Source: Actinomycetes bacterium
Lineage (GTDB): Bacteria > Actinomycetota > Acidimicrobiia > Acidimicrobiales > JAJYXR01
Length of the DNA: 64,000 nt
Assembly (NCBI GenBank): GCA_021801795.1
Contig: JAJYXR010000004.1
Coordinates: 106,607-170,606 of the forward strand
Reading direction: 5' to 3'
Within the stretch, counting starts at the first letter, position 1; each line of letters begins with the position of its first letter. A program made the position numbers and the translations under genes. Positions 55,017-63,120 of the stretch are shown piece by piece. Under the pieces are notes generated by a model, which saw nothing but the letters and a program-made list of their open reading frames with translations, had not been told where the DNA came from and ran no database searches.

Positions 55017-55106
55017 TGCTACTGCAATCGGCCACCGGAGCGGAGTGGACATGATCGCCGGAGCGAAGGCCGGGGCACTGCTCCGCAATTCCGGTAGCCT
55101 CCAGAG

Positions 55107-55631
55107 GTGGCTCGAGCCCAGTCCATCATCCTCCTGAACACAGGCCACGGTAAGGGCAAGTCCTCGGCAGCCTTCGGGGTCATGGTGCGCGGCTGGGCCC
55201 GTGGGTGGAGAGTGGCCGTGGTGCAGTTCGTAAAGGGTGGCGGATGGAAAACCGGGGAGCGCAAGCTCGCCGACCAGCTCTCCATCGAGTGGCACACCCT
55301 CGGCGACGGCTTCACCTGGGAATCCTCCGACCTCGAGGCCACTGCCGATCGCGGACGCCATGCCTGGGCCGTGGCGCGCGAGAAGCTCGCATCGGGCGAC
55401 TACGACCTGATCGTCCTGGACGAGATCACCTACGCCGTGAAGTACGGCTGGGTGAGCCCCGAAGAGGTTCTGGCAGGCCTCTCGGAGCGTGCCCCTAAGA
55501 CGAACGTGGTCCTCACCGGCCGCGACGCACATCCCGCCCTGGTCGAGATATCCGATACCGTGACCGAGATGCGCAAGGTGAAGCATGCCTACGACCGAGG
55601 CATAAAGGCACGCAAGGGGATCGAGTACTGA
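55107..55631 (+). CDS. cobO: cob(I)yrinic acid a,c-diamide adenosyltransferase (CobO/BtuR type)
   Basis: ...IILLNTGHGKGKSSAAFGVMVRGWARGWRVAVVQFVKGG...DLIVLDEITYAVKYGW...VVLTGRDAHPALVEISDTVTEMRKVKHAYDRGIKARKGIEY. Confidence 0.92.
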   Translation: MARAQSIILLNTGHGKGKSSAAFGVMVRGWARGWRVAVVQFVKGGGWKTGERKLADQLSIEWHTLGDGFTWESSDLEATADRGRHAWAVAREKLASGDYDLIVLDEITYAVKYGWVSPEEVLAGLSERAPKTNVVLTGRDAHPALVEISDTVTEMRKVKHAYDRGIKARKGIEY

Positions 55632-55783
55632 GCTCATCCGATAGCCGGGACTCCCGATCTGCGCTGCCGGGGTATCCAGCGGGCGGCTCGACGCCTGCCT
55701 CGAGCAGTCCACCACCCGGGCTCGCCGGAGCTGCTAGTGCCCTGGAGAGGCAGCCGAGGCCTGCTCGAGAGCTGGGCAGCCGC

Positions 55784-57109
55784 ATCGTCATAGCGGGAAC
55801 CAGCTCCGGCTGTGGGAAGACGACCGTCGCCACCGGGCTGATGGCCGCGCTCGCTGGGCAAGGCATGGCCGTCGCTCCAGCCAAGGTGGGTCCCGACTAC
55901 ATCGATCCGGGCTACCACTCCCTCGCGACCGGCCGCGCCGGGCGCAATCTAGATCCGTGGATATGCGGGCTCGGTTCCATACCATCCCTCGCCGCCGAGG
56001 CGCAGGCAGGGGCCGCCATGTTGGTGGTCGAGGGCGTGATGGGTCTCTACGACGGGGTCGGGGCCAGCCAGACTTCCAGCACCGCGGAGGTGGCATCCTG
56101 CCTGGGGGCGCCGGTGATCCTGGTGGTCGACGCCTCCTCCATCGCCGGTTCGGTCGCAGCCCTCGTCCAGGGCTACCACACCTTCAGGCCGGGCCTGGCG
56201 CTCTCGGGCGTGATCCTCAACAAGGTGGGCAGTGACTACCACGAGCAGCTCCTGCGCAACGCCCTGGCACCCACCGGCATCCCAGTGCTCGGTGCACTGC
56301 ACAGGGATGACCGGCTCTCCTGGCGCTCGCGCCATCTCGGCCTGCTGCCCGTGATCGAGCACCCTGGCGAGGTGAAGCAGTCCATAGGCGTCCTGGCGGG
56401 TCTGATCAGGCGCTCTGTGGACATGGAGGCACTGGTAGCTCTTGGCGCGACTGCTGAGCGCCTCGTACCCGAGCCGTTGGTCGCCTCGGGCCAGAGCGCC
56501 GCGGCACGCATCGCGCTGGCCGCGGGACCTGCCTTCAGCTTCTACTACCCCGACAACCTGCTCCGCCTGGAGGAGGCCGGAGCCGAGCTGGTGGCCTTCG
56601 ACCCCACCGAGGACGAAGCCCTTCCCCCAGGGGTGGACGGGCTCTACGCGGGCGGAGGCTTCCCAGAGGTATTCGGCGAGCGACTGGCCGATAACGTGGC
56701 TCTGGCCAAGGACGTGAGGCGGCGGGTGGAGCAGGGGTTGGTCACGTGGGCCGAGTGCGGCGGACTCCTGTGGCTCGCCAGCACGCTGGACGGAAAGCCG
56801 ATGTGTGGCGTGGTGGAGGCCGGCGGCCACATGACGGGTTCGCTGAACCTCGGATATCGCACCGCCAGGGTGCTGAAGCCGAATCCCGTCAGCCCGGTAG
56901 GGTCGATCCTGAGGGGTCACGAGTTCCACTACGGCGTCCTCGACGACCCAGGGGACGCGCTGTGCCTCGAAGGTGCCAACAGCAGGTCCGTGGCTGGATT
57001 CGCCAGACCGCACCTGCTCGCCTCCTTCCTGCACCTCCATCTCGGCGCCGCGCCCGAGCCAACCGAGCACTTCGTCACGGCGGCGGCTGCTGGACGCTCT
57101 GCCCGTTAG
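55784..57109 (+). CDS. cobB: cobyrinic acid a,c-diamide synthase (CobB/CbiA); the start codon is unresolved
   Basis: The in-frame translation upstream of the track start (ATG 55841) reads RIVIAGTSSGCGKTTVATGLMAALAGQGMAVAPAKVGPDYIDPGYH. The P-loop is therefore encoded before the first ATG/GTG/TTG. The frame is open from 55499 and contains only CTG (55628, 55772), ATC (55784) and ATA (55790) as possible initiators. The lower coordinate given is the minimum that includes the P-loop. Confidence 0.8.
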   Translation: MVIAGTSSGCGKTTVATGLMAALAGQGMAVAPAKVGPDYIDPGYHSLATGRAGRNLDPWICGLGSIPSLAAEAQAGAAMLVVEGVMGLYDGVGASQTSSTAEVASCLGAPVILVVDASSIAGSVAALVQGYHTFRPGLALSGVILNKVGSDYHEQLLRNALAPTGIPVLGALHRDDRLSWRSRHLGLLPVIEHPGEVKQSIGVLAGLIRRSVDMEALVALGATAERLVPEPLVASGQSAAARIALAAGPAFSFYYPDNLLRLEEAGAELVAFDPTEDEALPPGVDGLYAGGGFPEVFGERLADNVALAKDVRRRVEQGLVTWAECGGLLWLASTLDGKPMCGVVEAGGHMTGSLNLGYRTARVLKPNPVSPVGSILRGHEFHYGVLDDPGDALCLEGANSRSVAGFARPHLLASFLHLHLGAAPEPTEHFVTAAAAGRSAR

Positions 57110-57123
57110 GATCTACCCTCACC

Positions 57124-57855
57124 ATGACCCTCGCTCCACCGCGGCTGACCGGGATCGGCGTCGGACCCGGTGATCCCGAGCTACTTACCATGCAGGCCGC
57201 GAAGCGCCTGAGGGCTGCGGACGTGGTGGTAGCCCCTACCCTCGACCTGGACGTGGAAGGGCGGGCGGAACATGTCGTCCGGCAGGCTCTCGGCGACCTG
57301 GCCGTGAGCCGGCTTCTCTTCGACATGACACCCGATCGGGAGCCCGGCGGGAGGACCAGGCGCCACCAGTCGCACCTCGGGGTCGCCAAGCAGCTCGCCG
57401 GGTGGCTGGGTCCCGGACGCGAGGTGGCCTTCGTCACCCTCGGGGACCCGAACGTCTACTCCACCTTCCCGACCGTGGCGGCCTCGGTCGCCTCCATCGT
57501 TCCAGACCTCGTGGTGGACACCGTCCCAGGCATATGCGCCTTCCAGGCGCTCGCAGCCCTGAGCGGGACCGTTCTTCTGGACGGCACCCAGTCCCTCGAG
57601 CTCGTCACGGCGCTCGACGGCGTCGACCACCTGGCTGACGCCCTCCGCCATCCCGATCGCGCTGTGGTCGTCTACAAGGGTGGACGCTACCTGGACGAGA
57701 TACGGGACGTCTTGAGCGGACACGGCCGGCTGGAAGGAGCGGTGCTGGGCGAGCTGCTCGGGATGGCCGGACAACGGGTGGTCCCCCTTGCCGGCGCCAC
57801 TGCCCCGGTGTCCTATCTGGCAGCCGTGATCGTTCCTCCCCTGGACCAGCCGTGA
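57124..57855 (+). CDS. cobI: precorrin-2 C20-methyltransferase (CobI/CbiL)
   Basis: MTLAPPRLTGIGVGPGDPELLTMQAAKRLRAADVVVAP...VAFVTLGDPNVYSTF...VPGICAFQALAA. Confidence 0.85.
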   Translation: MTLAPPRLTGIGVGPGDPELLTMQAAKRLRAADVVVAPTLDLDVEGRAEHVVRQALGDLAVSRLLFDMTPDREPGGRTRRHQSHLGVAKQLAGWLGPGREVAFVTLGDPNVYSTFPTVAASVASIVPDLVVDTVPGICAFQALAALSGTVLLDGTQSLELVTALDGVDHLADALRHPDRAVVVYKGGRYLDEIRDVLSGHGRLEGAVLGELLGMAGQRVVPLAGATAPVSYLAAVIVPPLDQP

Positions 57856-58667
57856 CCGGCCTGATCAGCTTCGTCGGGGCCGGGCCCGGTGCCCCGGACC
57901 TCATAACCCTTAGAGGTGCCCAGCGCCTCTCCCAGGCAGACCTCGTCATCTGGGCCTCCTCCCTCGTGCCCGAGGCCCTCCTCGAGCACGCCCGGGCGTC
58001 GGCCACGATCATGGACTCGGCTGGTATGACCCTGGAGGACGTGCTGGCTGCCTACGAGGATCATCCATCCTCTGCCATCGTGAGGCTGCACTCGGGGGAC
58101 CCCTCCATCTACGGCGCCATCCAGGAGCAGATCGACTGGTGCCTCTCCTCCAGCCGGGACTTCGAGGTGGTACCGGGCGTGAGCGCCCTGGCCGGTGCCG
58201 CGTCTAGCATCGCCAGAGAGCTGACGCTTCCCGGGGTCTCCCAGAGCGTGATCCTGACCCGGCTGGCATCGCGCACTGCGGGTTCGGTGCCCACGCGCGA
58301 GTCCATATCTACCCTTGCCGCGTCGGGGAGCACCATGGCGGTTTTCCTCTCCGCCGCCCACCCCGCCGATCTCCAGGCCAGGCTCCTAGAGCCGCCCAGC
58401 GCATTCGACGCGCAGACCCCCGTCGCCATCGTCCACCGTGCGACCTGGCCGGACGAACGGATAGTCCTCACCCGCCTGGGCTCGCTCGCAGACGACCTGC
58501 GCGAGCTCGGCTTCACCACCACGGTCCTCGTGCTCGTAGGCGATTTCCTCGAAGCCGATCCGGCCCGGAGCCACCTCTACTCACCTGCCTTCGCGCACTC
58601 CTTCAGGAAACGGTCCCTCCCCGGTGAGACCGAGGGCAGGCCCGTGACCGGCAGGCAGCGTGCCTAG
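57852..58667 (+). CDS. cobM: precorrin-4 C11-methyltransferase (CobM/CbiF)
   Basis: MTGLISFVGAGPGAPDLITLRGAQRLSQADLVIWASSLV...VRLHSGDPSIYGAIQEQ...VVPGVSA. The GTG start overlaps the cobI stop (GTGA). Confidence 0.9.
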   Translation: MTGLISFVGAGPGAPDLITLRGAQRLSQADLVIWASSLVPEALLEHARASATIMDSAGMTLEDVLAAYEDHPSSAIVRLHSGDPSIYGAIQEQIDWCLSSSRDFEVVPGVSALAGAASSIARELTLPGVSQSVILTRLASRTAGSVPTRESISTLAASGSTMAVFLSAAHPADLQARLLEPPSAFDAQTPVAIVHRATWPDERIVLTRLGSLADDLRELGFTTTVLVLVGDFLEADPARSHLYSPAFAHSFRKRSLPGETEGRPVTGRQRA

Positions 58668-59820
58668 GTCTTCTGGAGTCGGACCCTCCGACGGCTCCGA
58701 GGCGCCCGCGCGCACTGTCGAGCCCGAGCTGAGCCCCGAGGTGGCCGCACGCGCTAGGGGCCTCCGCACCGGCTTCACCACCGGTGCCTGCGCGGCCGCA
58801 GCAGCGAAGGCTGCCGCGATCGGGCTGACCACCGGGGAAGTTCCCGCGAGCGTGGAGATCACGCTCCCCGGAGGGAAGCTGGTTCGCTTCGCCGTGGAGA
58901 ACCCCGGCCCGCTGATCAGCCATGACGTCGCCAGAGCCGTGGTGGTGAAGGACGCAGGAGACGACCCCGACTGCACCCACGGTGCACGCCTCACGGTGAG
59001 CGTCCGGCGCTCAGAGGAGCCCGAAGGCCAGTCCCTCGTCACGGGCGGCACCGGGGTAGGCGTGGTCACCAAGCCAGGACTCGGCCTCCCGGTGGGTGAA
59101 GCAGCCATAAACCCAGTACCGAGACGCATGATCCTGGCCGCGCTCGCAGAGGTTACGGCAGAGCCTCTGGTAGCCGAGATCTCCGTTCCCGGCGGCGAGG
59201 AAATGGCCGCCCGGACCTCGAACGAGCGCCTCGGGATCATCGGCGGCATCTCCATCCTCGGCACCACCGGCATAGTCCGTCCCTTCTCCACGGCCGCGTA
59301 CCGGGCCAGCGTCGTCCAGCAGGTCGACGTGGCGGCCGCTCAGGGAATCCGGGCGATGGTGCTCTGCACCGGAAGCCGCTCGGAGGCTGCTGCGAGGCGG
59401 ATCTACCCCTCCTACGACCCAGTCGCCTTCGTGGAGGTCGGCGACTTCACTGGCATAGCCCTGAGGCGCTGCGCTGCCAGGCACATGGAGGAGGCGGCCG
59501 TGGTGGCCATGGTGGGAAAGATCACGAAGCTCGCTGCAGGCGTGATGATGACCCACTTCCACCGTTCGAAGGTCGACGTGGCACTACTCGAGTCGGTTGC
59601 CATCGAGACAGGCTCCCCCGCAGAGGTGATCTCCGCAGCCAGCCAGACAGACACGGCCCGCCACTTCTACGAAGCCTGCATCTCTGCCGGATCGCTCGCA
59701 CCACTGAGGCGCCTCTGTGAGCTGGCGCGCCGGAACTGCGAGGAGCATGGGGGAAATGCCCTGTCATGTCCTGTGTCGATGGTCGACTTCGCTGGAGAGG
59801 AAGTGATGGCAAGTGCCTGA
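58660..59820 (+). CDS. cbiD: cobalt-precorrin-5B (C1)-methyltransferase CbiD
   Basis: ...LRTGFTTGACAAAAAKAAAIGL...VVKDAGDDPDCTHG...GGISILGTTGIVRPFS... Confidence 0.88.
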   Translation: MPRSSGVGPSDGSEAPARTVEPELSPEVAARARGLRTGFTTGACAAAAAKAAAIGLTTGEVPASVEITLPGGKLVRFAVENPGPLISHDVARAVVVKDAGDDPDCTHGARLTVSVRRSEEPEGQSLVTGGTGVGVVTKPGLGLPVGEAAINPVPRRMILAALAEVTAEPLVAEISVPGGEEMAARTSNERLGIIGGISILGTTGIVRPFSTAAYRASVVQQVDVAAAQGIRAMVLCTGSRSEAAARRIYPSYDPVAFVEVGDFTGIALRRCAARHMEEAAVVAMVGKITKLAAGVMMTHFHRSKVDVALLESVAIETGSPAEVISAASQTDTARHFYEACISAGSLAPLRRLCELARRNCEEHGGNALSCPVSMVDFAGEEVMASA

Positions 59821-61126
59821 GGAGCCACCCGAGACCGGCAGAGCGCGGCTAGGCAAGGCGGCCAGTGGAAAGGTCACCGTGGTAGGCGTCCAGGGCAACG
59901 ACTTCGCCTGGCTGGCGCGAGAAGCCCACGAGGCACTAGCAGGGGCGGCCCTGGTGGTAGGTGGTACCAGGCTGCTGGCTGCCTGGTCCTCTCAGCGCAG
60001 CCTGGTCGACGCGAGCCCTGGCGGCCCGGGCGCCCGGCAGATCGATCTCACCGGTGACCTGCCGAGGGCCATGGCAGAGGTGGCCGAGGCCCACCGGCGG
60101 GGAGAGTCGGTGGTGGTCCTTGCCTCGGGGGACCCTGGCTTCTTCGGCATACTCCGGGCCTTGCTCAGCACCCTGGATCGGCAGTCCATCCGGGTAGTCC
60201 CGCACGTTTCCTCGGTGGCCATGGCATTCGCGCGACTGGGCCTGCCCTGGGACGACGCCGTGGTGGTGTCTGCCCACGGTCGACCACTCGAGGAGGCCCT
60301 CGGGGCCATACGCATAGCCCGCAAGGTAGCCGTGCTCACCTCTCCAGACACCCCGCCCGAGGTGATAGGTCGAGCCCTGAAGAGGACCGGCGCGTCGGTC
60401 GACCTGCTGGCGGTATGCAGCCGCCTCGGCTTCTCCGACGAAGAGGTGGTCGAGCTCGGCCTCGATGACCTCGCGTCGGGCAAGTTCGATCCGCTGTCGG
60501 TGGTGGTGGTCGTCGGGCCCGGTGGGCTGCCGATAGTCGGCTGGGACTCCAAGGCAACGCTCGCGTGGGGGCTCGACCAGGGAGCCTTCCGGCATAGGGC
60601 CGGCATGGTGACCAAAGCAGAGGTGCGGGCGGTCATCCTCGGGAAGCTCGCCCTGCCCACCGCAGGAGTGCTATGGGACATCGGGGCAGGAAGCGGATCG
60701 GTGGGCATCGAGTGTGCGAGGCTCTCCCCAGGCCTCACGGTCTTCGCCGTGGAGAAGAACCCCGAGGATGCCCAGAGGGTGGTCGCTAATGCCTCCAGCC
60801 TCGATGCCGGTGTCCATGTGGTGGAGGGCACCGCCCCTGAAGCCCTGGTGCGCCTACCCGACCCCGACAGGGTGTTCGTCGGTGGCGGGGGTCTGGAGGT
60901 GCTCGACGAAGTGCTTGCCCGCCTGCGGCCTGGTGGCCGCGTAGTCGCCTCCTTCGCTGCCCTCGATCGGGCCACTGGGGCCGCAGAACGGCTCGGCAGC
61001 CTGGTCCAGATCGGGCTGTCGCGTGCTGCTCCCCTGCCCGACGGCTCCTGGAGGCTCTCAGCGGAGAACCCGGTCTTCATCGCCTGGGGGCCCAACCTCG
61101 GCGCACTCGACACCGGGCAGGCCTGA
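59813..61126 (+). CDS. cobL: precorrin-6Y C5,15-methyltransferase (decarboxylating), fused CbiE/CbiT (CobL)
   Basis: ...VVLASGDPGFFGILRAL... (CbiE half) and ...MVTKAEVRAVILGKLALPTAGVLWDIGAGSGSVGIE... (CbiT half). Confidence 0.88.
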   Translation: MPEEPPETGRARLGKAASGKVTVVGVQGNDFAWLAREAHEALAGAALVVGGTRLLAAWSSQRSLVDASPGGPGARQIDLTGDLPRAMAEVAEAHRRGESVVVLASGDPGFFGILRALLSTLDRQSIRVVPHVSSVAMAFARLGLPWDDAVVVSAHGRPLEEALGAIRIARKVAVLTSPDTPPEVIGRALKRTGASVDLLAVCSRLGFSDEEVVELGLDDLASGKFDPLSVVVVVGPGGLPIVGWDSKATLAWGLDQGAFRHRAGMVTKAEVRAVILGKLALPTAGVLWDIGAGSGSVGIECARLSPGLTVFAVEKNPEDAQRVVANASSLDAGVHVVEGTAPEALVRLPDPDRVFVGGGGLEVLDEVLARLRPGGRVVASFAALDRATGAAERLGSLVQIGLSRAAPLPDGSWRLSAENPVFIAWGPNLGALDTGQA

Positions 61127-62896
61127 GTGCGCGTAGCGGTACTGAGCCTCACCGAGCGCGGGCGGGGCATTGCAGAGCGCCTCTCGGAGGCCCTTGGTTT
61201 CGAGAGCCGCCATTCGGATCTGGCCGCCAACCTCCAAGAGCTCTGGCCGGTGGCCGACGGGCTCGTCTTCTGCCTGGCCGCTGGCGCCACCGTGCGCATG
61301 ATCGCGCCCTTCCTCGAGTCGAAGGCCTCCGATCCTGCCGTGGTCTGCGTCGACGAGAGCGCGGGCTTCGCAGTGTCCCTCGTCGGTGGCCACTCGCGAC
61401 GGGCCAACGACCTCGCCAGAGAGGTGGCCGCGGCCATCGGCGCCACGCCGGTGATCACCACGGCCACCGACTCCCGCGACATGCCAGCGCTCGACACCCT
61501 GCCTGGATATCGCGCCTCGGGTGACCTGGCTGGGGTGACACGCGCCATCCTGGATGGACGACCACTGGTCGTCGAGAACCCCTCGGGCTGGCCGGTCCCC
61601 CTAGCCATAGCCGCGCTCGCAGATCAGTCCCAGCCAGATCCGGACACCGGCACCCTCCCTGGCACCACGCCACGGGCCGCGCCAGGTGCCACACGAGACG
61701 CTGCGCGCATCGTCATCACCGACTCGGCCCCCGGCCCTGCAGCCGGGAATCAGGCGACCCCCGACAGCCCAGGCGGGGTGGCCTACCTCCATCCCCAGTC
61801 GCTGGTAGCCGGCATCGGGGCGTCGACGAACCTCGACGCCGAGGAGCTGGCCGAGCTGCTGGCCGGCGCGCTCCAGAGCGCTGGTCTGGCACACCAGTCC
61901 GTGGCCGCCATAGCGACCATTGACAGGCGAGCCGACCACCCAGACCTCGGATCGCTCGGCCTCGACATCCTCTCCTACAGCGCGGACGAGCTATCCGCCG
62001 TTCGGGTCCCCTCCCCCAGCACGGTCGTACAGGACGCTGTCGGGACGCCGAGCGTGGCGGAGGCCGCGGCCCTCCTCGGGGCAGGGCCTGGCGCAGAGCT
62101 GCTCGTGACCAAGACCGCATCACGCACCGCCACCGTCGCCATAGCGCGCCGGGCACGCCGCCGGGGAAGGGTTCGCGTGGTCGGCATAGGACCAGGCTCA
62201 CCCCTCCATCGGACGCCTGCGGCAGCGGGTGCGATCAGGACCTCGGAGGTGCTGATCGGTTACTCCGGTTATCTGGACCTCTGTGCCGACCTGGTCTCGG
62301 CCCATCACGATCTGCGGCCATATCCCCTCGGTGCCGAGATGGAGCGCTGTGCAGACGCCCTCGACTGCGCCCGATCGGGAAGGGACGTGGCGCTTGTCTG
62401 CTCTGGAGATCCCGGGATATACGCCATGGCTTCACCCCTCTTCGAGCTCGCCGCAGGCTCGGACATGTCCGAGGTGGACATAGAGGTGGTCCCGGGCATC
62501 ACCGCCGCATCGGCCTCCGCTGCCCTGCTCGGTGCACCATTGGGCCACGACCACGCGGTGATGAGCCTCTCTGACCTGCTCACCCCATGGGAAGTGATCG
62601 AGCGCCGCCTGTCTGTGCTGGCAGAGTCCGATATGGCGATCGTCCTGTACAACCCCCGCTCCTCGAAGAGGACCGAGCAGTTCGAAAGAGCCCTGGCCAT
62701 ACTGCGGGCAGGGCGCCCGCCGGGAACTCCAGCCGGCCTCGTCACCAGTGCCCAGCGCGAAGGCCAGCAGGTAGTGGTCACCACCCTGGAGCGCCTGGAC
62801 CCCGAGTCGGTGACCATGAGCACCTGCGTGGTCGTCGGCAGTCCTGCCACGTTCGTCGCCGGCGGCCGGATGGTGACGCCACGCGGGTACCCTTGA
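61127..62896 (+). CDS. cobJ: CbiG-like protein fused to precorrin-3B C17-methyltransferase (CobJ/CbiH)
   Basis: The N-terminal half reads MRVAVLSLTERGRGIAERL...VFCLAAGATVRMIAP...PVITTATD and a second CbiG domain reads ...LVAGIGASTN...VAAIATID. The C-terminal half reads VRVVGIGPGSPLHRTPAA...VALVCSGDPGIYAMASPLFEL...VVPGITAASA. Confidence 0.85.
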   Translation: MRVAVLSLTERGRGIAERLSEALGFESRHSDLAANLQELWPVADGLVFCLAAGATVRMIAPFLESKASDPAVVCVDESAGFAVSLVGGHSRRANDLAREVAAAIGATPVITTATDSRDMPALDTLPGYRASGDLAGVTRAILDGRPLVVENPSGWPVPLAIAALADQSQPDPDTGTLPGTTPRAAPGATRDAARIVITDSAPGPAAGNQATPDSPGGVAYLHPQSLVAGIGASTNLDAEELAELLAGALQSAGLAHQSVAAIATIDRRADHPDLGSLGLDILSYSADELSAVRVPSPSTVVQDAVGTPSVAEAAALLGAGPGAELLVTKTASRTATVAIARRARRRGRVRVVGIGPGSPLHRTPAAAGAIRTSEVLIGYSGYLDLCADLVSAHHDLRPYPLGAEMERCADALDCARSGRDVALVCSGDPGIYAMASPLFELAAGSDMSEVDIEVVPGITAASASAALLGAPLGHDHAVMSLSDLLTPWEVIERRLSVLAESDMAIVLYNPRSSKRTEQFERALAILRAGRPPGTPAGLVTSAQREGQQVVVTTLERLDPESVTMSTCVVVGSPATFVAGGRMVTPRGYP

Positions 62897-63111
62897 GCCC
62901 CGCCGTGCTCGCAATCCTCGTGGACGACAGCTGCACCGCCTGCGGCTCATGCCTGGCTACCTGTCCCACGGGTGCCCTGCGCCCGGCTCCCTGGCGGCCA
63001 TATGCCATCGTCAGCCGCTGCAATGGCTGCCTCGACTGCCTAGAGATATGCCCACGGGGTTCCATAACGCCGCTGCCTGCCACCCACCCTGCTCCTCCGG
63101 CGAGCTGTTAG
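62893..63111 (+). CDS. small 2x[4Fe-4S] ferredoxin
   Basis: About 70 aa with two CxxCxxCxxxCP motifs (CTACGSCLATCP and CNGCLDCLEICP). It lies in the frame of track ORF 62587..63111. TTG 62893 overlaps the cobJ stop (TTGA), and GTG 62905 is an alternative start. Confidence 0.7.
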   Translation: MSPAVLAILVDDSCTACGSCLATCPTGALRPAPWRPYAIVSRCNGCLDCLEICPRGSITPLPATHPAPPASC

Positions 63112-63120
63112 GGCGAGAGT

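Noticed and set aside
55017-55106. A second cobalamin riboswitch for the plus-strand cobO operon.
   Set aside because: The plus-strand leader is only ~90 nt and contains neither a B12 box nor the GGGAA..GGUG..CCCGC..ACUGU core.
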